Origin: Chiloscyllium plagiosum
Taxonomy: Eukaryota
Length of the DNA: 64,000 nucleotides
Direction of reading: 5' to 3'
NCBI RefSeq assembly: GCF_004010195.1
Contig: NC_057718.1
Location: forward strand, 44,864,143-44,928,142
The translations under genes and the position numbers were made by a program. Shown here in pieces: positions 46,991 through 60,554 of this stretch; position 1 is the first letter of the stretch, and each line of letters starts with the position of its first letter. The notes under the pieces are model-generated. The model searched no databases and was not told the DNA's origin. It worked only from the letters and a program-made list of their open reading frames with translations.

Positions 46991-47769
46991 AAATCCTGTG
47001 CCAGTGATGGGTGTTTCCACAGACATCCTGGAGAACTGTTAAGTTCTCCACATTGCCTTTTTCCAAAAATGTTCACTGATAGTACCTGTCAATCATGAAT
47101 TCAACAGGACCATAGTGGGCCTTTCCCTGGGATCAGGACCCCGGGTGCAGAGGTCACAACTGCTGAGTGTTTCTGGCCAATTATAAGGATTTTGGACAGT
47201 AGTGCCATTGTTGAAGTTGTATTGCAGCCATAGTGTAAAGCATCAGAGGCCAAGTCCCAGTCAAGGGGTGAGCATTAATGGCAGGGGATCTTAACAGTGG
47301 TGTCTGTGGGGAAATGGGGAGCTTAGGGGATTCAGCAGTAAGGCACGGTAGGCTGTCTGCCAAGTCCTTACTTCATGATTTAATAATCTTTGTGCATTTG
47401 AACGAAGAATCATTCTTCCCATGTACTAGCAATTAAACACACAATGATTTGTTTGCTTTACATATCGCATGATTCGCCTTCCCCAAAACTGAGATAACAT
47501 CTTGAGTGAGGTGATGAGGCTGCTACAATTGGCTGCAGGGACGGAAGACCATCTCCTGATCTTTCCAACATGGATTTGTACAGGACAGAGGTGGGTCCCT
47601 ACCCACTTTCCTGCCACTTGACTAAATGCCACCACCACCAAAGTTGGCATGGGGATCCCCAGACCTCTCAAATTCCTTACTAAACCTCTTCTCTCTTTCC
47701 TGCTACAAGACAGTCTTTCAAACCCACCAAATTATTGATCCTCTGTTCTAAAATCCCTCATTAGGTAAA

Positions 47770-47975
47770 TCTTCAAAGCTCTGTACCCCAGAGGGTTAAG
47801 GAAGCTCAATTATTAAGTAAGCTCAAGAAAGAGATTGATAGATAGTTGCTAATAACATCAAGGGGCATGGGGATAGTGCGGGAATAAGGAATGGAGAGTG
47901 ATGATCTGCCATGATTGGAATGGTAGAGCAGGCTCAAAAGCTGAAAGACCTGCTGTTTCTCTAATAATCCGATAT
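47770..47975 (+). mobile_element. CR1 3' tail
   Basis: GAGATTGATAGAT..CATCAAGGGG..GATGATCTGCCATGATT..AATGG. Confidence 0.7.
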
Positions 47976-49339
47976 GGTTCAATATTGAATTCTGATAGTT
48001 AATACTTCTCTCATGTACTTTGCAACATTTTAGCGTATTACAATTTTTATGTAAATACAAGTTAGTGCTAAACACTCCCTTTATTTATTGAGTCGTAATT
48101 AGATTAAACTTAATTTTAGTATTTATAAATGTGGTATAGTGAGCATTACAGTATCATGGATACAAAAGGGGTGTTTCCATGACCAGCCTTCTAGCAAGGA
48201 ACAGTCCTGGAAGGAAGCACATCCATAAACACACAGGAAGCATTAAGAAACAGCTTATTTGTGTCACTCCTAAAAATGACAATGTAGTGCTCCTAGTTTA
48301 AAAAAAAACATTGAAAGCTGGAAGATATGGTTTGGTAAAATTGAACTGCATAAATATTAAATCACGTACTGCTACAGTAAATCAGTAATAGCTGTGAAAT
48401 GTGTAAATCCACATATCTCCAATTGATTTCTGAGTCACAGCATTTTTTGGTGTAAATAGAAAAATGATGTGATTGGCACGGAAATACATTTTGTTCTTGA
48501 AAGGCTGCTTTAATCAAACAGCTTGATAAATTGAAAATTTTCAATAAGTTGGGAAACTTGGGAGTGTTTTTTTTTAAACTTTTATTAACAGATACCAGGA
48601 TTGCTTAGTTGAAGTATAACAAATTTGCGTGTCACCATTTGCATGTGCTGTTTTCTTGTCATTTAGGACTTCAGTCAGCCATGACTCCTAAGCACTCTCT
48701 GATGGGACCATTTAAGGGACATATGTGCATAAAGAGCAGTCGTAAGTATCATGATATTAAGAAGCTGAAATCAAGTAAAAAAAACTGGATACTGAGTTCA
48801 CTGAATAAATTATCCATCTAACATGTTCTTTTTTATCAAATATACTCAACATCTGTGCAAGAAATATTTACAAAAATAGAAAATGGCCCAAAAATATTTT
48901 ACTGTGCCCAAGCTGTTATCACAATCAAGTTAGTTTTTTCAGACTTGACGTTGTACTAATATGAACAGGAGAACTCCATTCATCTCCACAAGATGTCCTA
49001 AGGCTGGTCCGATCCGTTATCATCATCTGCTCCTGTGGCCTTTCCACCTCCCCACATACTCCCCCATGTTCCCAAAGGATGTATCTGAGAGCCATTGATA
49101 TTCAGGCAAGTGACCTGAAACTCTACAAAATTGACCACACTATTTCTGGAAACGTGATAGGTGCCAACAAGTGTTTGAAATGAGGCCTAATACCAAATTC
49201 CAAGCTGACCTTTGGTCTCCTTGTGGTAGTGCATTTTGCCTGCTGATTCTTGATTTAGGTTACACTAGCAAAAGAGTGCAAGTCAGGGGATAACAAGCAA
49301 TGGTGCAAGACTTCCCATTCATTTAAATTTAAGGGACCC

Positions 49340-49935
49340 TTCAATGGACCAAACGAAACCACCTCAAAACATGTCAAGGAGATAGCCTACACCCGGACCT
49401 TTTCTTATTTTAAAGGCAAGTGCCAGTCCTTGCATTCTGGATGTAATTTGATTGGTAAAACAGAATTGAAACAAAACACACTATCAAAATACAGATAAAA
49501 TAGAAATAAAAGAGAATTGGCGTAACTGTAATGCTATCAAAATACTTAACAAAACAATAAACTGCTCATTAACTGTTCCAATATAGTAACATCCCATAAA
49601 CACACCCATGGCAAAGGCAAAGTCAGTAAAATAGATTGACTCACATGCAACTCTAACAGCAGGAAGAGAACCCAAACTTTTATCTATAGCAAAGATAGAA
49701 ATGTAGCAGCTTTCACAATTCCAACAGCTACTGAAAACTAAATTCAAAATCCTGATTCTGTGGGAGCATGATCTCACCCATTCAGGCTGCTTCTGTTGTT
49801 CAATGCTTAAAAAAAAGGCCTTACAAGCTGTTTACTTTATTAGTTTGAAGCAGATCACATGCTACCTCTGTTCAACCTCTCTTCACAAAAGAAACACTGG
49901 ACAAAATACATCTCTTTAAGGCATAGATCTGTCAC
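49340..49935 (-). mobile_element. Probable solo LTR
   Basis: About 600-bp A-rich block ending TGTCACA, resembling fish Gypsy-type LTRs; left end and TSD not resolved. Confidence 0.45.
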
Positions 49936-52039
49936 AACAGTGTTAGAGCATAAATCAGGTGGAAGACTGATTATGCAAATCAGTATGCTACACTGGTGAA
50001 AGAACATCTCAGGCACTTTTCATGAATGAAAATTCATAAATGAATGAAGAGGAGGCTGAGTGATTTGTTCTAGACTTCCCCATAGTTTAAAGGGTTTGCT
50101 TACTGGTGGTTTGGGCTTACTGAGTATAGCTTTCGGCAGGTGGCACAAACAGACTTTGCATCTAGTTTGGAAGGATGTCAAAGATCATAGACCCAGTCTT
50201 CAGTTACAGGGAGTAAAATGACAGAAAAGTCTTTTGTGAAAATATTTTCAGTCATTTAATTGATACATATTCTGTTTATTGGTCTGGTTTCCTAATTACT
50301 CATCCTGACTTGATTCTTTAACTCAATGCTCTTTAAAGTGCGATGATCAAAATAGGATAGCTAAGTGTGAAACATGAAGTAAACATTTCACAATAGTAGG
50401 TACAGGCTATTGTACTTTCTTCAGGCTGTAAATAAATGTTGTCAAATTGTGTTAATCACCATTGCGTATCTTTGAGTTTTCATTTGATTGAAATCTGTAG
50501 GTTTGAACTGTTTGGAGTTCTAAAACCTCATTCAAATGAGCAAGACTGGCCGATGCGCCTCCTTGGATCATTACAGACATGAATAGGTCTGTATAACAGA
50601 CTACAGGAAATTGAAGTTAGGCTAGCAGAATAATGAATAATTAAAGGCTTGTCTCTACTCACGCACACCAGGCCACTCAAAAATGAATCCATAATAATTT
50701 TTTTAAAATTTCTACAGAAACTCTGAGTGCAGATGGCTTTTATTCACCTAAAAATATTTTCAACATTCAAATAATATTTTGATGCACGAGGAGTTCTAAT
50801 TCCCAAAAAATGGGTTGTACAATTAAAATCAATGAATTTTTAATCAGGACTACATTCCATTTTTAACATGTTTGCATCTAAGTTTAATGGGGATGTGTCT
50901 AGATTCTTATGAGAAGCTATTTGACAACATCAGGATTTACTTATTACAGAGACATGAATACGTATTAACATAGTTAATCTCCTTGATGGTCATTAATGCG
51001 TTCCTTGTTAATTGGTTTTAACGTTGCTCCCAATTTAACATGTGCAGAGAAAACAGCGATTGGACTGAGTTGTAGTTCTGGCAGGTATTTAAATCTACCG
51101 TTGTCCTACCTGAATTTAAACATTTTCACACTTCATCGTGGGTGTCATAGTTCATACTGGAAACTTTTAGCAGTGATTGGTTTGTAATATTGGTCTGTAG
51201 ATGTTGGACAGCACACCAAAATACAAAGAACACCACTGACCACAGCAGTGACAACATCCTGTGGTAGTCTTAGAATTAAAGTTTTAACTGTAGAAAATAG
51301 TTTAAATTCCATGGAAATATGCTGGGAGATTGGATTTGAGGAGATGGAGCAGGTGGAGAAACTTAAAACAAGTTATGACCTAGCTGAAAGCAGGAACTCT
51401 AAAGGAAAATATAGAAAGGAAACTGACACTCTCTCAGTGTAAAGAAGTAGAAACTGTTCTGACTTCAGACTGCCCAGAAGTTTCGGTTTCCAGGATTTTA
51501 AACTACAATTCTATTCCCCACTCCCACCCAACACACTTAACACCATTCAGACTCCTCCTTCTTGTTAACATTAGTGCCTACTATTTAGTTTGTCTACGCA
51601 TTTATGTTTGTTTGTAATTACAGGCTAAATCTAACTTTTTTGTCTAATCGTTAATTTAATTGAGTTTTATGGAGGTTTTCTCTCTGTGAGACCTACTGAT
51701 ATTTCTCACCAAACTCACCTTATTAACCACCTACCACACCCAAAAGATACCTCCTTAGTTTGAGGTCACCTCATTTCTATCACTGACGGTAGCCAAAAGA
51801 ATTTGCTACTTACCAATATCCCAGAATAAAAGGACATTCCTGGCATCCACACCATCTTTAAAATACCAATACATACCCAGTCCAAGTGCTGGGAGTCTGG
51901 AATAGCCCTGCACAGTTCATCACCTATTCCTTGGTCATGACTGTTCAGGAAAAATTGGCACACACTTTACGTACAGGTACCCAGGTGTTCCAGTCAATGG
52001 AGTGGTGAAGAGGCAAGCTAGTCTCATTCCCCCTTATTT

Positions 52040-52370
52040 TATTTGTTCATGGGACATAAGTGTAGCTATTAGTCAGGATTTATTGTCCATCCTTAATTGT
52101 CCAGAGGGTAGTTAAAAGTCAACCGCATTACTGTGGTTCTGGAGTCACATGTAGGCTAGATCAGGTAAGGTTGGAAAATCTCCTTATGTGAAGGGCATTA
52201 GTGAACGAGATCTCTTTTTACAACAATCAACAGTGGTTGCAATTGTACCAGCTTTTAACTACAGATTTTATTTAATTCAAATTTCATCATCTACCATGGT
52301 AGAATTTGAACCCATGTCCCAGCTTGTGGTTCTGAATCATTCCAGTGATATTACCACTATCACCACCTTC
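52040..52370 (-). mobile_element. tRNA-derived SINE sharing its 3' tail with the old LINE family
   Basis: Minus head GGTGATAGTGGTAATATCAC..GGGTTCAAATTC (A and B boxes); tail CAATTAAGGATGGACAATAAAT..CCCATGAACAAATAAA. Confidence 0.7.
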
Positions 52371-52539
52371 CTCTGCACATCTCATCCATGTCAGCCAAGT
52401 AAGTAAGTACTATTATTCATTCAGAGCAGCTCTCACATAAACCCCACTTTCAGTGTCTTTCATTGCATACAATTATAACCCTTGGCTGTGATGGTTTCTC
52501 TCTTTTTTTGTCCTGCAGATTAAGTGTATGTCCACTGTC

Positions 52540-55075
52540 TCAATGTCAAGTGGGCTGCCATGCAAGGATAGCCCTCCAGCATCTCTGAGAATGAAGCCCC
52601 AGGGGAAGAATTAACTGGCTGCCTTCTCTCCCCACCCCATCAAACAACCTCCAACCACCACCCCCAGCTCAAATCCTAACACGTTGTTGGGAATCTTTGC
52701 TAAATTACAGTTGGGAGCACATGCTGGTGAGCAGATGACTGCCACATCTCTGCTGCTGACTCCTGGAGGTGAAGGAAGAAGCGTTCAAGGTCATTGCCAG
52801 AGACCAAGCACCTGCTCAGTCAAAGGCAAGAGGGGACCTAGTGGTGTTTGCATACAGAGGCTTGGTGCATGTGCACAGCACAAGCGAACACAGAAACACC
52901 AAGTGTTTTGTGGCAGACAATGGCCTTGATAATCCAAAGGTACTAGACTGCAACTACACCATGGGGACCCAGTTGACTCAGGCATCTGATTGGCTGGCTG
53001 CCTCCAGGGAGAGGTTGATGGCTGCTAGCGAGAGCCAGGTTCAGCATCCTCAGGGTCTGTTAGAGTTGAACACAGATCTGCACCCCATTGCTCTAGTCAA
53101 TGGTCCTCAGCACCAATGTTAGGGAGATGGGGAATGGGCCACCTTGACCTTACAGTTCACAGGTCAGTTCCAGCTGGAAGAGGAAACATAAACAGACCTT
53201 GCAGAGATTTCCTAACAGGAGACTCTTGAGATTGATGGACATTTTCTCCTCCAGCCTGCTTGCAACCTCACATGTGAAACAGTTCAAACCAGGGAGTGTG
53301 TACTTCTCTCTGACAAGGACAGACTCAGCATATTGAACCTTCTAACCACAAATGTCTCCAGGGTCACCCAATAAAACTTCCAAGATCAATGGTCTCCACT
53401 GCAGAACAGGCTCCCTCCAACCCAGCTACAGAACCTGAGCTGCACCTTGATAAAAAAAAACAGACAAGGGTGGCATTTCACTGGAATTAAAGTCTCACGT
53501 CTGTTAAAACATGCTCAGAGTGTCACTACATCTATTTGTGTTTCTGTGTAGCTCCTATTGTAACTGTCACACCTTGAGACCACATACCAGTTTGCATGCA
53601 TGATGTGCTATGGAGAAGTTGCTGCACCATTTTGTGTGCAACGTGAACATCACATTTAGAAAGTTCTCCAGATGTATAGGTATTAGTACAGCAACGTGGT
53701 CTCAGTAGAAAAAAGTTGTCATTTTCCAATGAAATGATCAACAATGTTTGGGCCTGGGAGGTGTACAGCACACAATGAGCCAATGACCATAAGACATAGA
53801 GCAGAAATTAGGCTATTCGGCCCATTGTGTCTACTCCGCCATTCAATCATGGCTGATAGGTTTTTCAATCTTATTTTCCAGCTTTCTCCCCGTAACCTTT
53901 GATCCCCTATGCAATCAAGAACTTAGCTATCCCTATTTCAAATATACTCATTGACCTGGCCTCCATAGCCTTCTGTGGCAATAAATTCCATAGATTTACC
54001 ACTCTTTGGCTAAATGCATAGGTGTTTCAAGGAAGAGGAGGCTGCAGGTGTGTATCCTATACAGTGAATGGGTCTATACGTAGAGTTATCGTCCTTTGAA
54101 GGATATCACATTGCTTGGTTTTGCAGTCCCCTCCCCTAACCAGGTTAAGGTACTTAGCTTGCCAAATGCAGATGTGGTTGCAGAAATCAATGTTTCTCAC
54201 CACTGCGCAGTTGCAAGTTCCAGAGTGACAGCCAGTGACAGCAAACATTTACATGGTTAATTTCCAGAGTCCATTTTCAAGTGTCAGTGAGATCCAGAAC
54301 ATTAAAATCCCTTTTTTCACAGCACTTCCCATGAACGCTAAAAGCATTGCATCTCTTCTGGTGCCTACTCAATCCATCATGAGCATTCCACACCCCCAAG
54401 CCGCTGGTATATGAAGTGCCCATGACAGGCATAAGCATGTACTGATCTGTTTGGAAGACAGCATGATCCTTACTGTCAGTGACTCCTTTCCCACATGCCC
54501 TCAGCCCCATCCATGTTTTAATAGATGCTACCTTTACATATACAGTTGCTCCCTTCAAGTTTGTCATCTGTCCTGCCTCCCAGCCCTAATCCCCTAATCC
54601 CGAATCACCTTCCTATCGCAGCAGCCCCTTTCTCCCATCCTCCTTACCCCTTGACTATATTGGAGGGACATGACAAACAGACTGCAGCCCACCCGCTTGA
54701 ACAACTTACCTGGAGAGCCCCAGACAAGAAGTACCTGTATGCATGTACATCACCCCAACTATGCTAGTGCTAGCTCCTGGATGGCCCACTATGGAAACAC
54801 TATGCTGGCCTACTGCCCGGACTGCAAAGGCACAGACCCCTGGACCAAGACTATCCTGACAGGCCTTTGACTATGGCAAAGCTCCTGATTTGAGGTTGGA
54901 GGCTTTCCGTGACCTGTTGTTTCTGGACCTCCTGACTGATGCACATCTCCATGGACTTCACTTAGACGTAAGACATAGCTGTTTACTTGAAGCACATGCA
55001 GTATGTTTGCCATGTAAACTCCTAGCAGATGGTGTAGGTATGATGAGAGTGACGTAGCAACTTGCTGTACAGCAC
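52540..55075. mobile_element. Unclassified old GC-richer repeat, possibly PIF/Harbinger (may continue at 58870-59390)
   Basis: Composition shift and weak motif remnants (AHCVLYT versus CCVLHN); split by CR1 inserts; no TIRs identified. Confidence 0.25.
53785..54015 (-). mobile_element. CR1 3' tail
   Basis: GACCATAAGACATAGAGCAGAAATTAGGC..CCATTCAATCATGGCTGAT..GCCTTCTGTGGC..TTCCATAGATT. Confidence 0.9.
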
Positions 55076-55119
55076 CCTGTGTGGATGAGGAACAGAGCTG
55101 TAGGGAGGATGAGCCAACT

Positions 55120-55207
55120 GTTTAGATCAGAGTGGTGCTGGAAAGCAGATCAGGTAGCATCTGAGGAGCAGGAAAATCAATGTTTCAGACAAAAGCCCTT
55201 CATCAGG
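55120..55207 (-). mobile_element. Family B Penelope-like repeat inside CR1 ORF1
   Basis: Minus strand CCTGATGA-A-GGGC-TTTT-GTCT-GAAACATT (CpG-decayed hammerhead). Confidence 0.85.
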
Positions 55208-55760
55208 CCATGGCACCGTGGTACAGGAGCCATTCAAAAGGGGGAAGCAAAAAAACAAATGGTAATTGTAGGGGATTCTATAATTAGAGTAATTGACAGC
55301 ATCCTTTGTGAGCCAGATCGTGAGTCTCGCTTGGTGTGTTGCCTGCCTGGTGCCAGGGTAATGAACATCTCTGACTGGCTTGAAAGGATATTTGAGAGGG
55401 ACGGGGAGGATCCAGGTGTTGTAGTCCATGTCGGGACAAACAACATAGGAAAGCCTAAGAAAGGAGATCTGTTTGGGGATTATCAGGAAGTAGAAACTAA
55501 ATTAAAGAACAAGTCCTCAAGAGTTATAATCTCCAGATTACTATCAAAGCCATGTGCAAATTGGCATAGGGACATGGGAAGAAGGGAAGTAAACCTGTGG
55601 CTAAAAGGGTGGTGCGGAAAAGAAGGTTTCCATTTCATAGGGCACTGGCATCAGTATTGGAACAGGAGGAATCTGTACTGTTGGGATATTCTGCACCTGA
55701 ACCAAGCTGGGACCAATGTTTGAGGGAAAAGGGGAAATAGGGTGGTCAACACGACTTTAA
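55208..55760 (+). pseudogene. CR1 ORF1 SGNH/GDSL-like esterase remnant
   Basis: Blocks GDS, G, GxN and DxxH are all present in ORF 55079-55723. Confidence 0.88.
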
Positions 55761-58700
55761 TCTAGAAAGTTGGGGGGGGGGGGGGGCGCTGCAGGGGAGG
55801 TGAAGGGAAGGGTAAAACTCCCAATAGGAAACAAAGAAGGTTAACGTCTGTTGGGGCAGATTCAACTGCGTGGAAGCGCTTGACAAATATGAAAACACAG
55901 GAGAACTCAGGAGATGTTATTAAAGTCTCCAGAACACAAAATAGGATAGAGTATTTGGAAAGGATTAGGAATCAAACTTCAAGCACACTGGATAAAGGGA
56001 TGGCGATGAGAAGAGGGCCGGTCAATACACGATTGAATGTGTTGTATCTGAATGCACTCAGTATACAAAATAGGTAAATGAGCTTGTGGCACAGATTGAA
56101 ATTTTACAGGTATAATGTGGTGGGCTTCATGGAGATGTGGCTGTAAGGGGATCAGGACTGGGAGCTAAATGTCGAAGGATATACGTTCTATTGATAAGAC
56201 AGGCAGGTGGGCAGAGAGGATGGGGTTGCCTTATTAGTAAGAAATTAAATTAAATCAATAGCAAGAAATGACGTAGATAATGAAGAATCCATGTGGGTAG
56301 AGTCGAGGAACCACAAAATTTAAAATAAACCATAATGGGAGTTATGTATAGGCCTCCAAACACTAGTCAGGATATGGAGCACAAGATACCCCAGAGATAG
56401 TAAAGGTATGTAAGAAAGGCGAGGTTACAGTGACCATAGGGGATTTCAATATGCAGATGGACTGGGAAAATCAGGTTGGTAGTGGATCGCAAGAAAAGGA
56501 ATTTATGGAATGTCTGCGAGTTGGCTTTTTGGAGAAGCTTGTGGTGGAGTTCATGGGGGAACAGTCAATACTAGATTTAGTCATGTGCACTAAGACAGAC
56601 TTGATAAAGGAGCTTAAGGTGAAGAAACCCTTAGGAGGCAGTGACCTTAATATGATCGAATTTACTCAGCAATTTGAGAGGGAGAAGCTAGAATCTGAGG
56701 CCATTGTATTACAGTTGAGTAAAAGAAATACAGAGGCATGAGGGAGGAGCTGACCAGAATTGACTGGGAGTGGAGCCCAGCAGGAAAGCAATGGCAGGAG
56801 TTTCTGGGAGTAATTCGGGATACACAGCAAAAATTCATCCTTAGGAAAAAGAAGCATACTAAAGGGAGGACGAGGCAACTGTGGCTGACAAGGGAACTCA
56901 GGAGCAGCGTAAAAGCAAAAGAGAAAGCATATGATGCAGCAAAGGGCAATGGGAAGCCTACAGAAACCAACAGAGGACAACTAAAAAAGAAATAAGAAAG
57001 AAGAAGATTAAATATGAGAGTAAGCTAGCCAGTAATATAAAAGAAGATTGCAAGAGTTTGTTTAGATATATAAAGGGCAAAAGAGAGGCAAAAGTGGACA
57101 TTGGGTCACTGGAAAATGATGCTGGAGAATTAGTAATGGGGAACAAAGAAATGGCGGAGGAACTGAACAAGGACTTTGCATCAGTCTTCACGGTAGAAGA
57201 TATGAGTAACATCCAAAAGATTTAAGAGAGTCGGCGGGTAGAGATGGGTACGGTGGAGAAGGTGCTGGAAAAACTGAAAAGCCTGAAGGTGGATAAATCA
57301 CCTGGACCAAATGGACTACACCCCAGAGTTCTAAAGGAGATAGCTAAAGAGATACTAGCGGCATTAATGGTTATCTTTCAGGAATCACTGGATTCAGGGA
57401 GGGTCCCAGAGGATTGGAAAATTGCTAATGTAACCCCCTGTTTAAGAAGGGAGTAAGGCAAAAGACAGGAAATCCCAGATCGATTAGCCTGACCCAGGTC
57501 AATGGTAAGATTTTGGAGTCCCTTGTGAAGGATAAGATTTCTGAACACATGGTAGTGCATGGTAAAATAGAGCAAAGTCAGCATAGTTTCATCAAGGGGA
57601 GTCACACCTGATAAATCTGTTAGAACTCTTTGAGGAGGTAATGAGCAGTTTAGATTAAGGAGAGCTGTTGGATGTTATGTCAGAAGGCCTTTGACAAAGT
57701 GCTGCACTGGAGGCTGTGAGTAAGATAAAAGCAGAGGCAAAGGCAAAGTACTGTCAGAGGCAAAGTACTAACATGGATAGAAGTTTGACTGTCTGGCAGA
57801 AGGCAAAGAGTGAGGATAAAAGGGTCCTTCTCAGGATGGAAGCTGGTGACTAGTGGCGTTCCGCAAGGCCCTGTGTTGGGACCACAATTTTTCACTTTAT
57901 ACTTTAATGATCTAGATAAAGGAACTGAGGGAATCCTGGCTAGGTTTGCAGATGATACAAAGATATTTGGAGGGACAGGTAATATTGAGGAAGCAGAGAG
58001 GCTACAGAAGGACTTGGACCGATTAGGAGAGTGGACAAAGAAGTGGCAGATGGAATACAACGTGGGAAAGTTTGAGTTCATGGACTTTGATAGGAAGAAT
58101 AGAGGCATAGACTATTTTCTCAATGAGGGGAAAATTCAGAAGTCTGGAGTGCAAAGGGATTTGAGAGTTCTAGTCCAGGAAACTCTTAAGGTAAATTTGC
58201 AGGTTGAGTTGGCAGGCAAATACAATGTTGGCATTTATTTAAAAAGGACTAGAACATAAAAGCAGGGATGTACTTCTGAGGCTTAATACTGCTCTGGTCA
58301 GATTACATTTCAAGTATTATGATCAATTTTGGACCCCATTCCTCTGGAAGGATATACTGGCCCTGGAGCAGGTCCAGAGGAGGTTCACAAGAATGATTCC
58401 AGGAATGAAAGGCTTAACATGTGAGGAACATTTGAGGACTCGGGTGTATACTTGATGGACTTTAGAAGGAATAAGGGGGGATCTAATTGAAACATACAGA
58501 ATATTGAACAGCCTAGACAGAGTGAACATTGGGAGGATGTTTCCATTAGCAGGAGGGACTAGGACCCAAGGACACAGGTTTAGAATAAAGGGAAAACCCT
58601 TTAAATGGAATTGACAATAAAACTTCTTCAGTCAGAGGGTAGTGAATCTATGGAATCCAGTGCCAAAGAAGGCTGTGTAGGTCAAGTCATTGAGTATATT

Positions 58701-59689
58701 TAAGGCAGAGATAGATAGGTTCTTGATTGTCAAGAGGATCAAAGGTTAGCTGGAGAAAGCAGGATAATGGGGTTGATAAACTTATCAGACATGACTGAAT
58801 GGCAAAGAAAACCCAATGGGCCAAGTGGTCTAATTTCTGCTCCTTTGCCTGTTGGTCTAAAATGTTTGCCCTATTACTAAAAGACTGCCGACCAGCAAGA
58901 CCAGCAGCCTGTCGCCGTACTAAAAGACAAGGCAGGGATGCTGTGAGCATGCACATAGGCATTAAGTCAGTGAAAGCTCAGAGGGCAATTGAGTAGCTCA
59001 GAGATGCAGCCTGCTCTAGTATGTGAGCTGGATGTGTGTCCCTACAAGTGTCCATCTGCAGCATTGTAATTATAGGCGCTGGTGTGCTCCAAAATGCAGC
59101 TTTAAAGTGCAGAAGTGTTCTGCAATTAGCTTGGAGACATGTCATGAGAGTCTGTGCGACTCTGATTGTTGGATTCCAATGTTTGTTAGCATGATGTGTG
59201 TGCAGCTGACGACCTGGAACATGCCTTAAGACGTTGCTGGCCGTATAAGTGACTAGATAGGATTTGTTGTTGTCTAGTTTCCTGGTGGTGATTGGTAGAC
59301 AAAAACCTGAGGTAAGATTCAGTGTTAATGAGGCTATTGCTAAGCAAAATCACCATTAATCTGCATCTCCCCACTCCCTATCGAGAATCTCATTTCAATA
59401 CTGCCAGATCTGCTAAGATTTTCTAGAAATTTCTGTTTTTGTTTCTGATTTCCTGCATGTGCAGTTCTTCACTTTTTTGCTGTAGTGCATATTTTTGTTC
59501 GATATGATGTGAGCTAAGTGTTCGTAATGAGCGTTTAGTTCATTTCAACATAAGAATCAAGTTTGAAACTTGCAAATAATAAGTTTATGAATCCTTTCTT
59601 AATCTTCTCGACCTCTAATATAGAATTTTTAAACGTTTAGATTAGGAATAATGAAGAAAAAAATTGCAATTATGAAGTCCATTACATGG

Positions 59690-60075
59690 TATCCCAACCT
59701 GCTTTCCAGTCATTTAAACACTGCGATGTAGATTCACCTGTAATAGAAAGAACACAGCAGCCAGTTTTCCACAGAGGAAACTGAAGAGATAAATGACCAA
59801 CTAATAGTTTTTAAGTGATGTTAATGAAAGGGCAAATATTGGCCAAAACTGGAGGGAGGTTTCCTGCTTTTTTCAAAAAGGTGCCATGACATCTTTCCGT
59901 TCACTTGAAAATGTAAACAGGACACTAGTTTAAAGCCACAGGTTGAAAGGTGACATTCCAATAGTGCGTCAACCTTTCAGTGTTATGCTGGATTTTCAGC
60001 CTAGATTTTTGTGCTTAGTCTCCAGAATGGAACTATGAACCCACAAACTTTTGATTCAGAGATATGATACTGAGC
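59690..60075 (-). mobile_element. DeuSINE-like element, decayed
   Basis: GGGCAAATATTGGCCA..CCTGCTTTTTTCAAAAAGGTGCCATGACATCTTT is the reverse complement of the Deu-like core; head TGAACCCACAA. Confidence 0.65.
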
Positions 60076-60554
60076 TCCAATGCTTCCTCAACTGACAGCA
60101 GAGAGTATGTTTTATTATGTTTTCTGCCTTCATATTCCAATAAATTTCCAATCTCAATAGAATTATATGAAAATAAATGTTTTTGCTGAGCAATATAACA
60201 AGTGTGACTGCAGGCATAACTTTATATTAATATTTGTATCTGATCTTTTACACATCTTGCAATTTTCTGCTAATATCAGGTATGCTAATATGTTTTATCT
60301 ATTTGCATGTTCATTAAAATCTTCATTTAGTATTATTCCTTGGTGATTATGTGAGCATTCACTCATGATGAATTATTTCTTTTAGCTGTTTTCACTTATT
60401 CAAAGATTTAAGGAATCAATGCAGGGGGAAAAGATGCTGTGAACTGAAATGAATGATGCATCTTTGTGCAACATTGTGTATACTTAATGAATTGCTGAGA
60501 CAATTCATTTTTTAAACTTTTGTCTGACAAGTGAATTGCTTGCTTCTATTCAAC

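Larger units (their letters stand above)
55075..58862 (+). mobile_element. Near full-length CR1 LINE (ORF1 esterase plus ORF2 endonuclease/RT), disrupted
   Basis: ORF1 GDSIIR/CLPGARV/HVGTNN/DILHLN; ORF2 LYLNALSIQN, GDFN..DW, LDLVMC..LGGSD, KSPGPNGLHPRVLKE, SGVPQGPVLGP..FADDTK; tail near 58860. Confidence 0.96.

Noticed and set aside
50501..50586. Plus-strand exon candidate (FELFGVLKPHSNEQDWPMRLLGSLQT*)
   Set aside because: Weak donor, an in-frame stop and no recognisable homology.
55075..58862. Active autonomous CR1 (also 24185-27215)
   Set aside because: ORF2 has many stops and frameshifts, and both copies carry nested inserts.
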